Source: Acidimicrobiales bacterium (GTDB lineage: Bacteria > Actinomycetota > Acidimicrobiia > Acidimicrobiales > CADCSY01). From it: DNA of 64,000 bases. Shown here one piece after another: positions 26,886 to 36,133 of the stretch. Numbering within the stretch: position 1 is the first letter of the stretch; each line of letters starts with the position of its first letter. The position numbers and the translations under genes are program-made. The stretch lies in contig DATKDW010000047.1 in the NCBI GenBank assembly GCA_035512495.1, positions 3,718 through 67,717 on the forward strand. The letters run 5' to 3'. A model generated the notes under the pieces. That model was not told where the DNA came from. It did no database searches and saw nothing but the letters and a program-made list of their open reading frames with translations.

Positions 26886-27683
26886 TCAGGCTCCGGCGAC
26901 CACGCGCTCGACCACGATGGCGACGCCGTCGTCGTCGTTGGAGGCGGTGACCTCGTCGGCGACGGCGAGCACCTCGGGGTGGGCGTCGCGCACCGCCACG
27001 CCGTGGCCGGCCCACGAGAGCATGGGCAGGTCGTTGGGCATGTCGCCAAAGGCGACGACCCCCGCGGCGTCGACGCCGTGCTCGACGGCGAAGCGCTCGA
27101 GGGTGAAGGCCTTGGTGACGCCCGCGCTCGAGATCTCGAGGAGCCCGTCGGTGCCGGAGTAGGTGACGGTGGCGAGGTCGCCGATGACCGCGGCGGCGGT
27201 GGCGAGGAAGTCCTCGGGTGTCATCGAGTCGTGGCGGGCCAGCAGCTTGCACATGGGCAGGTCGACGAGCTCGGCGGCGTCGGCGATGGTCGTGTCGGAG
27301 GCGAAGTCGCCCTCCCACATCCGCGTGTAGCCCGGCTCGTGGTGGAAGCCGTGGCGCCGTTCGACGGCGAAGGCCAGGCCCGGGAGCTCCAGACGCAGCC
27401 GCTCGACCAGCATTGCAGCCACCTCGACGTCGATCATGTGCTCCTCGACGATCTCCTCGGTGTGGAGGTCGTAGACGATGGCACCGTTGGAGCACACGGC
27501 GAGGCCGCGGTGACCGGTCGCCTCGGCGATGCCGTGCATCCACCGCGGTGGGCGCCCCGTGGCGAGGACGACCACCATCCCGGCATCCTCGGCGTCTGCC
27601 AGGGCCTCTCGCGTGCGGTCGCTGATGGAGCCGTCGGAGCGCAGCAGGGTGCCGTCGAGGTCGGAGGCGATCATGCGGGCCAC
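26886..27683 (-). CDS. Cof-type HAD-IIB family hydrolase
   Basis: Motif I is DLDGTLL and motif IV is GDMPNDLPML. Confidence 0.85.
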   Translation of the reverse strand: MARMIASDLDGTLLRSDGSISDRTREALADAEDAGMVVVLATGRPPRWMHGIAEATGHRGLAVCSNGAIVYDLHTEEIVEEHMIDVEVAAMLVERLRLELPGLAFAVERRHGFHHEPGYTRMWEGDFASDTTIADAAELVDLPMCKLLARHDSMTPEDFLATAAAVIGDLATVTYSGTDGLLEISSAGVTKAFTLERFAVEHGVDAAGVVAFGDMPNDLPMLSWAGHGVAVRDAHPEVLAVADEVTASNDDDGVAIVVERVVAGA

Positions 27684-27726
27684 CGGTTGGATCGTACCGG
27701 TGGCGTCCGGTGTCGCACCGTCCTCC

Positions 27727-27732
27727 TATCCT
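27727..27732 (+). promoter_or_regulatory. -10 box TATCCT for leaderless recG
   Basis: TATCCT followed by 6 nt, then ATG 27739. No SD. Confidence 0.35.
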
Positions 27733-27738
27733 CGCCCC

Positions 27739-29913
27739 ATGGTCCCGGGTGAGTCGCCGCCCACCACCGCCGGCGCCGGTGGCCGCCGCCTGGCGCAGCT
27801 CGCCGCCATCCCGGTCACCGAGCTCAAGGGCGTTGGCGACAAGAAGGCCGCCAGCCTGGCCGACCAGGGGATCCGCACGGTCCTCGACCTGCTCATGCAC
27901 TACCCGCGGCGTTACATCGACCGCACCCGCCAGGCGTCGATCAAGGACCTCGCGGTGGGGGAGGAGGCCATGGTGCTGGGCCAGGTGCGCCGGGTCGAGA
28001 CCCGCCGGACGCGTGCCCGCAAGACGATGGTCACCGTCGACGTCACCGACGGCTCCGGCTACCTCAAGTGCACGTTCTTCAACCAGCCCTGGCGCGCCTC
28101 GCAGCTCAAGGAGGGCACCCAGGCGGTGCTCTTCGGCAAGGTGGACACCTTCGGTGGCCGCAAGCAGATGACGAACCCGGTCGTCGACCTGGTGGGCGAC
28201 CGCACCGGCCGGATCATCCCGATCTACCCCCAGTCGGAGAAGGCCGGCCTCACCACCTGGGAGCTCGGGGCCTGGATCGAGGAGGCCCTCACCCGGGCCA
28301 AGCAGCTCGCCGACCCGGTGCCCGACGAGGTCCTCGACCGCTGGGACCTCGTCGACCGCACCGCTGCCCTCCACGGGATCCACCTCCCGTCGTCGGGCGA
28401 GGAGCACGGCGTCGCCCGGCGTCGCCTCGTCTTCGACGAGCTGTTGCGCATCCAGCTGGTCCTCGTCGCCCGCAAGCGCGAGCTCGAGCGCACGGCGGTG
28501 GGCATCCCCCACGATCTGGGCGGCGACCTGGTGTCACGCTTCCACGAGCGTCTCCCGTTCCCACTCACCGGTGCCCAGCGACGGGCCATCGCCGACATCG
28601 GGCGCGACCTCGCCTCGGCCGTGCCCATGCACCGCCTGCTCCAGGGCGACGTGGGCTCGGGGAAGACCCTCGTGGCCGTCAGCGCCATGCTCGTCGCCGT
28701 CCAGGGGGGCCACCAGGGCGCCCTCATGGCCCCCACCGAGGTGCTGGCCGAGCAGCACCACCTCGGCATCCGCGCCCTCCTCGAGGGCTTCACCCTCGAG
28801 GCCGCCGGCGACAACCTCTTCGACGAGCGCCCGCTCCGGGTCGAGCTTCTGACCAACCGGACCACCGCCGCCGAGCGCACCAGGCTGGCGGCGGCCATGG
28901 CCGCCGGTGAGGTCGACATCGTGATCGGCACCCACGCCCTCATCGAGGACAAGGTGGCGTTCCGCTCCCTCGGTGTGGCAGTGATCGACGAGCAGCACCG
29001 CTTCGGCGTCGAGCAGCGGGCGGCGCTGCGCTCGAAGGGCGAGGCCGTCCCCGACGTGCTCGTGATGACGGCCACGCCCATCCCGCGCACCGCCGCCATG
29101 ACCGTCTACGGCGACCTCGACGTGAGCGTGCTCGACGAGCTGCCTCCCGGCCGCACCCCCATCGCCACGACCTGGGCGCGGGGCCCACTCGAGGAGGAGG
29201 CGGCGTGGGCCCGGGTTCGCGACGAGGTGGCGGCCGGCAGGCAGGCCTACGTGGTCGCCCCGCTCATCGACGAGTCGGAGAAGCTCGAGGTCCGCTCGGC
29301 CACCGAGACCTTCGAGCAGCTCCGGGCCGGCGAGCTCACCGGCCTGCGCCTGGCCCTCCTCCACGGTCGGGTGCCGGCCAAGGACAAGGAGGCCGCCATG
29401 GACGCCTTCCGGGCCCGGGAGGTCGACGTCCTGGTGGCCACCACCGTCATCGAGGTGGGCGTCGACGTGCCCAACGCCACCGTGATGGTGATCATCGACG
29501 CCGACCGCTTCGGCATCGCTCAGCTACACCAGCTGCGGGGGCGGGTCGGGCGAGGCCATGACGCCTCGTGGTGCTACCTCCTCGGTGCCGGGGCCACGCC
29601 CGAGGCCGAGACCCGCCTCAAGGCCCTGGAGGACAGCACCGACGGCTTCGCCCTGGCCGAGGTGGACCTCGACCTGCGGGGCGAGGGGACGATCATGGGC
29701 GCGCGCCAGAAGGGCCGCAACGACCTCCGTCTGGCCTCGCTCCGCCGGGACAAGGAGTGGGTCGCCCGCGCACGCGACGAGGCCTTCGCCATCGTCGACG
29801 GACCCGGCGGCCTCGAGGCCCACCCCGTGCTGGCCGAGGAGCTCGACGTGCTCCTCGGCGACGACGAGGACGCCGGCGCTGACGTCGGCACCGAGTTCCT
29901 GTTCAAGAGCTGA
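27739..29913 (+). CDS. recG: ATP-dependent DNA helicase RecG
   Basis: Wedge domain, Walker A GDVGSGKT, DEQHRFG and the LHQLRGRVGRG motif. ATG 27739 lies 6 nt after TATCCT. The track ORF from 27529 overlaps the HAD gene. Confidence 0.9.
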   Translation: MVPGESPPTTAGAGGRRLAQLAAIPVTELKGVGDKKAASLADQGIRTVLDLLMHYPRRYIDRTRQASIKDLAVGEEAMVLGQVRRVETRRTRARKTMVTVDVTDGSGYLKCTFFNQPWRASQLKEGTQAVLFGKVDTFGGRKQMTNPVVDLVGDRTGRIIPIYPQSEKAGLTTWELGAWIEEALTRAKQLADPVPDEVLDRWDLVDRTAALHGIHLPSSGEEHGVARRRLVFDELLRIQLVLVARKRELERTAVGIPHDLGGDLVSRFHERLPFPLTGAQRRAIADIGRDLASAVPMHRLLQGDVGSGKTLVAVSAMLVAVQGGHQGALMAPTEVLAEQHHLGIRALLEGFTLEAAGDNLFDERPLRVELLTNRTTAAERTRLAAAMAAGEVDIVIGTHALIEDKVAFRSLGVAVIDEQHRFGVEQRAALRSKGEAVPDVLVMTATPIPRTAAMTVYGDLDVSVLDELPPGRTPIATTWARGPLEEEAAWARVRDEVAAGRQAYVVAPLIDESEKLEVRSATETFEQLRAGELTGLRLALLHGRVPAKDKEAAMDAFRAREVDVLVATTVIEVGVDVPNATVMVIIDADRFGIAQLHQLRGRVGRGHDASWCYLLGAGATPEAETRLKALEDSTDGFALAEVDLDLRGEGTIMGARQKGRNDLRLASLRRDKEWVARARDEAFAIVDGPGGLEAHPVLAEELDVLLGDDEDAGADVGTEFLFKS

Positions 29914-29977
29914 GTGCGGGACTGGCGGGGCCGAACGCCGGTGGCGCAGAGGCGTGTCACTGACCGATGCTGGGGCC

Positions 29978-30340
29978 ATGGCCAAGAAGCGCCGCAGGCG
30001 GACCCGCACCTCCGGCCCGGCCACCCGCTCCGACCGTCCCGGGCCCCGTGAGGTGGCTCCCGACGAGGAGCCGGTCGACCTCGCCGACGCCCTCGGCCTG
30101 TCGGCGCGCGACCGTGCCGCCCTGGCGCCCAACTGGCGCACACCGTTGCGCGTCGACATCTGCATCGGCCTCGCCGTGGTGTTCCTCGGCGTCTCGATGC
30201 TCACCGGCGGCCTGGTCGTCCTCGGCGCGCTGCTGGCGGCGGCCGGGAGCGCCTACGCCGTCCTCGTCGTCCGCCGGTGGCGCCGCTGGGCGGCGATCAG
30301 GGCCGAGGTCGACATGGATCGCCGCCAGGCGGAGGGCTGA
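29978..30340 (+). CDS. Hypothetical membrane protein with poly-basic N-terminus
   Basis: MAKKRRRRTRT..., then two hydrophobic helices (ICIGLAVVFLGVSMLTGGLVVLGALLAAAGSAYAVLVV). GC3-rich codons. It forms the C-terminal part of track ORF 29558..30340. Confidence 0.5.
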   Translation: MAKKRRRRTRTSGPATRSDRPGPREVAPDEEPVDLADALGLSARDRAALAPNWRTPLRVDICIGLAVVFLGVSMLTGGLVVLGALLAAAGSAYAVLVVRRWRRWAAIRAEVDMDRRQAEG

Positions 30341-30479
30341 GAGGCCGCTCCCTAGGAAAGTCCTCGGCGAAGCCGAGACCGCACCTCGGCCCGCGAGCGG
30401 GTGGCGTCGAGGGGAGGGACCCGTCCGGAGCCTGCGGAGGTCGGGAGGGCCCCGCTCGGCGACAGGACCCGTGAGCCCC

Positions 30480-30680
30480 TCAACCACGCTCCCACCCGGC
30501 ATCGCCGGCAGCGTCGTCGCCCCCGGGGAGGAGGAGGTCCCAGCGGTCGAGGCAGTCCCTGCACCGGTAGGTCACGAGGTCACCCGGCTGCCACCCCATC
30601 TCGGGGGCGTACGAGATCAGGGTGCAGGGGCCGCCGCAGTCGATGCAGTCGATCTGGGCTTCGGGTTCGAGGGGCACCAC
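30480..30680 (-). CDS. Small zinc-ribbon protein (66 aa, hypothetical)
   Basis: VVPLEPEAQIDCIDCGGPCTLISYAPEMGWQPGDLVTYRCRDCLDRWDLL... carries CxxC-N24-CxxC. Almost every codon ends in G or C. GTG 30680 lies 7 nt after a TAGCGT box (30688-30693, minus). It is hidden in track ORF 30480..31223. Confidence 0.5.
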   Translation of the reverse strand: MVPLEPEAQIDCIDCGGPCTLISYAPEMGWQPGDLVTYRCRDCLDRWDLLLPGGDDAAGDAGWERG

Positions 30681-30687
30681 GGACCCA

Positions 30688-30697
30688 ACGCTACGTT
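30688..30697. promoter_or_regulatory. Overlapping face-to-face -10 boxes (TAGCGT minus 30688-30693; TACGTT plus 30692-30697)
   Basis: The plus strand reads AACGCTACGTT. Each hexamer lies exactly 7 nt from a start codon (GTG 30680 minus, ATG 30705 plus). The two start codons are only 24 bp apart. Confidence 0.45.
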
Positions 30698-30704
30698 GCT
30701 GTCC

Positions 30705-31229
30705 ATGCGCGTGGTGGCGGGGACAGCCAGGGGTCGGCGGCTGGAAGCACCGCCGGGGCGGAGCACGAGGCCGACCGGCGACCGGGTGCGGGAGGCGACC
30801 TTCAACGCCCTCCACAGCCTCGGCGTGGTCGAGGGCGCCACGGTCGTCGACCTCTTCGCCGGCTCGGGGGCGCTGGGGATCGAGGCCCTCTCCCGGGGGG
30901 CGGACCACGCCACCTTCGTCGACGACGACGGCCCGGCCCTGGCCGCCGTGCGCGCCAACCTCGCCGCCACCGACCTCGGCGACCGGGCCACCGTCGTGCG
31001 GGCCACGGCCGAGCGCTGGGTCGCCGACCAGGCCGGCGCCGTCGACCTCGCCCTCCTCGACCCGCCCTACGACTACGACGACGAGGCCTGGCGAGTCCTG
31101 CTGGCTGGACTCGCTGCCGAGATGGCCGTGCTGGAGTCCGACCGGGAGGTCGAGCCGGGCGACGGGTGGGCGGTTGTCAGGGCCAAGCGCTACGGCACTA
31201 CCGTGGTGACCCTCGCCCGGCACCGATGA
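30705..31229 (+). CDS. rsmD: 16S rRNA (guanine966-N2)-methyltransferase RsmD
   Basis: SAM motif DLFAGSGALGIEALSRGA and catalytic LDPPY. The ATG lies 7 nt after TACGTT. Confidence 0.85.
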   Translation: MRVVAGTARGRRLEAPPGRSTRPTGDRVREATFNALHSLGVVEGATVVDLFAGSGALGIEALSRGADHATFVDDDGPALAAVRANLAATDLGDRATVVRATAERWVADQAGAVDLALLDPPYDYDDEAWRVLLAGLAAEMAVLESDREVEPGDGWAVVRAKRYGTTVVTLARHR

Positions 31230-31723
31230 GGGAGCAGACCCGAGTGGTGAAAGTCCTGTACCCCGGGTCGTTCGACCCGTTCCACAACGGTCACCGCGAG
31301 CTCGTGGAGACGGCTGCCCAGCTCTTTGACGAGGTCGTGGTGGGCGCCATCCGCAACCTCCAGAAGGACACCGGTCTCTTCTCGCTCGAGGAGCGCCACG
31401 CCATGATCGAGGAGTCGCTCGATCACGTGCCCAACGTGTCGGTCGTCCACGTGGCCAAGCTGGTCGTCGACGTAGCCCGAGACGTGGGCGCCGACTTCAT
31501 CATCAAGGGCCTGCGCGCCGTGTCCGACTTCGAGAACGAGATGGCCCAGGCCCAGACCAACCTGGCGAACTCCGGCGTGCACACCATCTTCCTGCCGTCG
31601 GCCTCGGCGAACTCCTACATCGCCTCGAAGTACATCCGCGACTTCGCCCGGTTCGGCCGCGACGTCAGCGCCATGGTCCCCGAACCCGTGGTCCGCCACC
31701 TCAAGGAGAAGTACAGCTCGTGA
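31226..31723 (+). CDS. coaD: Pantetheine-phosphate adenylyltransferase
   Basis: YPGSFDPFHNGH nucleotidyltransferase motif and ISSTLVRE-like SKYIRDFARFG. ATGA overlap with rsmD. An alternative GTG start lies a few codons downstream. Confidence 0.9.
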   Translation: MREQTRVVKVLYPGSFDPFHNGHRELVETAAQLFDEVVVGAIRNLQKDTGLFSLEERHAMIEESLDHVPNVSVVHVAKLVVDVARDVGADFIIKGLRAVSDFENEMAQAQTNLANSGVHTIFLPSASANSYIASKYIRDFARFGRDVSAMVPEPVVRHLKEKYSS

Positions 31724-32274
31724 CCGACTTCGACGGCCACGAGGCGGCCGCGAGCACGGCCACCGATGTCGAGACCCTGCTGGGGCGCGTCGCCGACCTG
31801 GTCGGCAACGCCCGGCCCATGCCGCTGTCGGCCTCGGTGATGATCAACCGCGACGAGGTCCTCGAGCTGGTGGAGGAGGCCCTCAACCGCCTCCCCGAGG
31901 AGCTGCGCGCCGCCCGTTGGCTGCTGCGCGAGCGCGAGGAGTTCCTCGCCAAGGTCCAGCGCGAGGGCGAGGAGATCCTCGATGAGGCCCGCAACCGGGC
32001 AGAGCGCATGGTGCAGCGCACCGAGGTGGTGCGGGCAGCCCAGCACTCGGCCCGGCGGACGATCGAGGAGGCCGATGCCGAGGCCCGCCGGCTGCGCCAC
32101 GAGGCCGAGGACTTCTGCGACCAGCGCCTTGCCCAGTTCGAGATCATCCTCGACCGGACCATGAAGACCGTGCATGCCGGCCGGAGCCGCCTCACCTCGG
32201 CGCCGACGGCGCGCGAGGAGGAGCCGGTGGTCGACGAGGACGAGTCCGGGTTCTTCGACCAAGACCTGACGTGA
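31720..32274 (+). CDS. Coiled-coil protein (ATPase subunit b/DivIVA-like, hypothetical)
   Basis: Charged heptad-rich sequence (EELRAARWLLREREEFLAKVQREGEEILDEARNRAERMV...). Sits in the conserved position between coaD and yceD, with GTGA overlaps on both sides. Confidence 0.6.
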   Translation: MTDFDGHEAAASTATDVETLLGRVADLVGNARPMPLSASVMINRDEVLELVEEALNRLPEELRAARWLLREREEFLAKVQREGEEILDEARNRAERMVQRTEVVRAAQHSARRTIEEADAEARRLRHEAEDFCDQRLAQFEIILDRTMKTVHAGRSRLTSAPTAREEEPVVDEDESGFFDQDLT

Positions 32275-32795
32275 CGGGCGCCCTCACGCTCGTCGTCGGC
32301 GACCTCCTGCGGCGCTCCGGCCGGAGCCGGGAGACCTCGCTCAAAGCCGTGCTCGACGACCTGGTCGTGCTCGGGACCCGGGTGCCCGAGGGGGAGCCCG
32401 TCCAGGTGGAGCTGCGCCTCGAGTCGGTCAACGAAGGCATCGTGGCCACGGGGACCGTCCGGGCGCCGTGGGAGAGCATCTGCCGGCGTTGCCTGCGCCC
32501 CGTGGCCGACGTGCTCGAGGTGCCGGTGATGGAGGTCTTCGAGGCCGACCCCACCGAGGGCGAGACCCTCCCGCTCGATGGCGTCGACATCGATGTCGAG
32601 CCCGTGGCGCGGGAGGCGGTGCTGCTGGGACTACCGCTGGCGCCGGTGTGCCGGGAGGACTGCCAGGGCCTGTGCGCCAGCTGCGGCATCGACCGCAACG
32701 AGGCCGATTGCGACTGTGCCGTCGAGGTCGCCGACCACCGCTGGGCGGCGCTCGACGAGCTCCGCTTCGACACCCCCGAGGGCGACGACACCTGA
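32271..32795 (+). CDS. YceD/DUF177 family protein
   Basis: Cys motifs CRRCL and CxGLCxxCG, plus the acidic tail typical of DUF177. Lies upstream of rpmF as in most bacteria. Confidence 0.8.
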   Translation: MTGALTLVVGDLLRRSGRSRETSLKAVLDDLVVLGTRVPEGEPVQVELRLESVNEGIVATGTVRAPWESICRRCLRPVADVLEVPVMEVFEADPTEGETLPLDGVDIDVEPVAREAVLLGLPLAPVCREDCQGLCASCGIDRNEADCDCAVEVADHRWAALDELRFDTPEGDDT

Positions 32796-32900
32796 ACGCC
32801 CCGATTCGATGCGACGGCGGGCGCCAACTACCCTTGCACGGCTGCACTGACGCCCCGACCCCGCCGGGGTCACCCCCGAACAAGAGCTGAGGAGCCGGCG

Positions 32901-33080
32901 ATGGCCGTCCCCAAGAAGAAGACCAGCAAGGCCAAGAGCCGGAGCCGCCGGGCATCGGCGTGGCGCCTCGAGGCACCGCCGCGAAGCGTGTGCCCGCAGT
33001 GCGGGTCGGCGAAGCTGCCGCACGTCGTGTGCGGCGCCTGCGGTTGGTACGGCGGCCGCCAGGCCGTCGACGTCGGCTGA
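32901..33080 (+). CDS. rpmF: 50S ribosomal protein L32
   Basis: [67 protein letters not shown] lies 6 nt upstream. At 59 aa it falls below the ORF-track cutoff. Confidence 0.9.
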   Translation: MAVPKKKTSKAKSRSRRASAWRLEAPPRSVCPQCGSAKLPHVVCGACGWYGGRQAVDVG

Positions 33081-33096
33081 CGCGCCCTCCCTCCCC

Positions 33097-34080
33097 GTGA
33101 CCCTCCCCATCGCGGTCGACGCCATGGGCGGTGACCAGGCCCCCGGCGAGATCGTCGCCGGCGCCCGGCGCGCCGCCGAGTCGCTCGGCGTTCCTGTCCT
33201 CCTCGTCGGTCTGGCCGACGCCATCGCCGCCGCCGACCCCGGCGACCTCGAGGTCCTGGCGTGCAGCGAGGTGATCGAGATGCACGACGACCCAGGGTCG
33301 TCGGTGCGCCGCAAGAAGGACTCTTCCCTGGTTCGTGCCGCCGAGGCGGTGCGCGACGGCCGGGCGTCGGCCATGGTCAGCGCCGGCAACACGGGCGCCA
33401 CCATGGCCAGCGCCCTCCTGCGGATGGGACGGATCAAGGGCGTGCAGCGGCCCGCGATCGCCATCCCGGTTCCGGTCCCGGGGTCCACGCCCACGGTCCT
33501 GCTCGACGCCGGCGCGAACGCCGAGTGCTCACCGGAGTGGCTCGTGCAGTTCGCCCAGATGGGCACGGTCTTCGCCCGTCACCGCTTCGACGTGGCTGAG
33601 CCCCGGGTGGGCCTGCTGTCGATCGGCGAGGAGGACACCAAGGGGTCCCCGCTGGTCAAGGCCACCAACGCCCTCCTGCGAGACACGCCCGGTGTCCGCT
33701 TCGTGGGAAACGTCGAGGGTCGCGACGTCATGACCGACGATGTCGACGTGATCGTCACCGACGGCTTCACCGGCAACGTGGTGCTGAAGACCCTCGAGGG
33801 TGAGATGCGCTTCATCCAGGCCAAGCTCCTCGAGGTCCTGACCGCCACCGAGGAGCGCCGTGCGGTGTTCGACTCGGTGGTCTGGCCGGCGCTCGAGCCG
33901 CTGGTCATCGAGCTCGACCCCGACACCTACGGCGGGGCGATGCTCCTGGGCGTCGACGGCGTGTGCATCATCAGCCACGGCTCGTCCTCGGCGACCGCCA
34001 TCAACAACGCGGTCCAGGTCGCCAGGGACATGGTGGCGGCCGACGTCGTGGGCGCCATCCGCGACGCCATCGCCGCCTGA
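33097..34080 (+). CDS. plsX: Phosphate acyltransferase PlsX
   Basis: IAVDAMGGDQAP N-terminus, VSAGNTGA and GFTGNVVLKT. Confidence 0.9.
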   Translation: MTLPIAVDAMGGDQAPGEIVAGARRAAESLGVPVLLVGLADAIAAADPGDLEVLACSEVIEMHDDPGSSVRRKKDSSLVRAAEAVRDGRASAMVSAGNTGATMASALLRMGRIKGVQRPAIAIPVPVPGSTPTVLLDAGANAECSPEWLVQFAQMGTVFARHRFDVAEPRVGLLSIGEEDTKGSPLVKATNALLRDTPGVRFVGNVEGRDVMTDDVDVIVTDGFTGNVVLKTLEGEMRFIQAKLLEVLTATEERRAVFDSVVWPALEPLVIELDPDTYGGAMLLGVDGVCIISHGSSSATAINNAVQVARDMVAADVVGAIRDAIAA

Positions 34081-34159
34081 CCGTCGCTCTGCGCACAAGC
34101 GCACAATGTCGGATCGTGTAGGCTCCCGCCGCCCCTGCCCGCGACGCACTGGAGCGTTC

Positions 34160-34450
34160 GTGCCCGCTGAGACCCACGTCGAGCACAACCCGATGGACCG
34201 CAACGAGGTCTTCGAGCTGATCCGCGACCGCCTCGCCGACATCCTCGAGATCGAGGCGTCCTCGATCTCCGAGAGCCAGTCGTTCGTCGACGACCTCGAG
34301 GCCGACTCCCTCGCCCTCATCGAGCTGGTGGAGGGCATCGAGGAGGAGGTCGGCGAGCGCACAGTCGGCTTCCGCATCGAGGACGAGGACCTCGAGGACC
34401 TCAAGACGGTGCGGGACGCGGTCGACTACGTCTGCGCCCGGCTCGGTTGA
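34160..34450 (+). CDS. acpP: Acyl carrier protein
   Basis: Phosphopantetheine site DLEADSLALIELV. GTG 34160 has a GGAG 5 nt upstream. The alternative start ATG 34193 gives an 85-aa protein. Confidence 0.85.
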   Translation: MPAETHVEHNPMDRNEVFELIRDRLADILEIEASSISESQSFVDDLEADSLALIELVEGIEEEVGERTVGFRIEDEDLEDLKTVRDAVDYVCARLG

Positions 34451-35241
34451 CCAGGCGGCCCGCCGCACCTCGAGCGCCGAGCGTCGTCGTGGGTCCCGAG
34501 GAGCTCCCCGCACTCTTCGAGCGACTGGGTCGTGGCTTCGACGACACCCGCCTCATCGAGCGAGCCCTGGCACACCGCTCCTGGTGCGCCGAGCACCCGG
34601 GGGTCCGCTCCAACGAGCGCCTCGAGTTCCTCGGGGACGCGGTGCTCGGGCTGGTCGTCACCGACCACATCTTCCGCACCTACCCCGACCTGCCCGAGGG
34701 GGAGCTGGCCAAGGTGCGGGCCACGGTCGTGAGCGCCGCCGCCCTGGCCGAGGTGGCCGCCGAGCTGGAGCTCGGCCGGGCGGTGCTCCTCGGGAAGGGT
34801 GAGGACGCCTCCGGGGGTCGGGACAAGCCTTCGATCCTGGCCGACGCCATCGAGGCGGTGATCGGCGCCGTGTACCTCGACGGCGGCTGGGACGAGGCCG
34901 AGCGCCTCGTCCTCGACCTGCTGGGGGAGCGGATCTCGACGGCAGCGCTCGGCCCCGGCGGCCAGGACTACAAGACGCGGCTCCAGGAGCTCACGGCACG
35001 GGCGTTCGAGTCGCTGCCGTCCTACGAGGTCGCCGACGACGGCCCTGACCACGCCAAGCGCTTCTTCGCGACGGTGACCGTGGACGGCGAGGTCCGGGGA
35101 CGGGGCGAGGGGCGGTCCAAGAAGCAGGCGGAGCAGGAGGCGGCCCGCGAGGCATGGGAGGTGTTGCGCACGATCGAGTCGGGCGCAGCCGAGACCGGGG
35201 GCACGCCCGACCCCCACACCGACGAGAAGCGAGACGACTGA
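34447..35241 (+). CDS. rnc: Ribonuclease III
   Basis: Catalytic signature ERLEFLGDAVLGLVV and a C-terminal dsRBD (GPDHAKRFFATV...GRSKKQAEQEAA). The start is uncertain: TTG 34447 overlaps the acpP stop, and GTG 34489 is the alternative. Confidence 0.88.
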   Translation: MTRRPAAPRAPSVVVGPEELPALFERLGRGFDDTRLIERALAHRSWCAEHPGVRSNERLEFLGDAVLGLVVTDHIFRTYPDLPEGELAKVRATVVSAAALAEVAAELELGRAVLLGKGEDASGGRDKPSILADAIEAVIGAVYLDGGWDEAERLVLDLLGERISTAALGPGGQDYKTRLQELTARAFESLPSYEVADDGPDHAKRFFATVTVDGEVRGRGEGRSKKQAEQEAAREAWEVLRTIESGAAETGGTPDPHTDEKRDD

Positions 35242-36077
35242 TGCCCGAGCTGCCCGAGGTCGAGACCATCCGCCGTGACCTCGAGAAGGAGGTGGTCGGC
35301 AAGCGCGTCAAGACCGTCGACGTCAGCGGCATGCGCGCCGTGCGCCGCCACCCCAACAAGAAGCACTTCGCCGGCAAGCTCGAGGGCCGCAAGATCGAGA
35401 CGATCGGGCGACGGGGCAAGTGGCTGCTGTTCGACCTCGACGGTGACGACATGCTCATCGCCCACCTCGGCATGAGCGGCCAGCTCCGCAAGGCGTCGGC
35501 CAAGGACCCACTCGAGAAGCACACCCACGTGGTGATGACCTTCACCGTGGGCGGCCACCTCCGCTTCATCGACCCCCGCACGTTCGGTGAGCTGTTCGTC
35601 TGCGCCACCGCCGACATGGCCACGGAGGTGCCGGAGGTGGCGGAGCTCGGCTTCGACCCCCTCGAGGACGTCATGAGCTGGAACCTCTTCGGCGGCATGC
35701 TGATGGCCCGCAAGCTGAAGCTCAAGACCCTGCTGATGGACCAGAGGTTCGTGGCCGGCATCGGGAACATCTACAGCGACGAGATCCTCTGGACCGCCGG
35801 GCTGCGCCACGACCGCTCGTCCGATTCGCTCACCACCCAAGAGGTGCGCCGCCTCTACCGGGCCATCGGCGAGGTGCTCCACGAGGCGGTGAAGCTGCGT
35901 GGGTCGTCGCTGGCGGACATGCAGTACTGCGACCTCTACGGCGAGCCGGGCCGCTACCAGGAGGAGCACAAGGTCTACGCCCGCGAGGGCGAGGCCTGCC
36001 GCCGCTGTCGCCAGCCCATCATCCGCACCAAATGGAGCAGCCGCTCCACGTTCTCCTGCGGGGCCTGCCAGGTCTGA
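35241..36077 (+). CDS. mutM: Formamidopyrimidine-DNA glycosylase
   Basis: MPELPEVE N-terminus, H2TH region and a C-terminal zinc finger CRRCRQPI...CGACQ. TGATG overlap with rnc. Confidence 0.9.
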   Translation: MPELPEVETIRRDLEKEVVGKRVKTVDVSGMRAVRRHPNKKHFAGKLEGRKIETIGRRGKWLLFDLDGDDMLIAHLGMSGQLRKASAKDPLEKHTHVVMTFTVGGHLRFIDPRTFGELFVCATADMATEVPEVAELGFDPLEDVMSWNLFGGMLMARKLKLKTLLMDQRFVAGIGNIYSDEILWTAGLRHDRSSDSLTTQEVRRLYRAIGEVLHEAVKLRGSSLADMQYCDLYGEPGRYQEEHKVYAREGEACRRCRQPIIRTKWSSRSTFSCGACQV

Positions 36078-36133
36078 CCCCCCCGGGGCATGCGCCGGGG
36101 CAAGGGATCGCAACGAGTACCGTTCGCGGCAGC

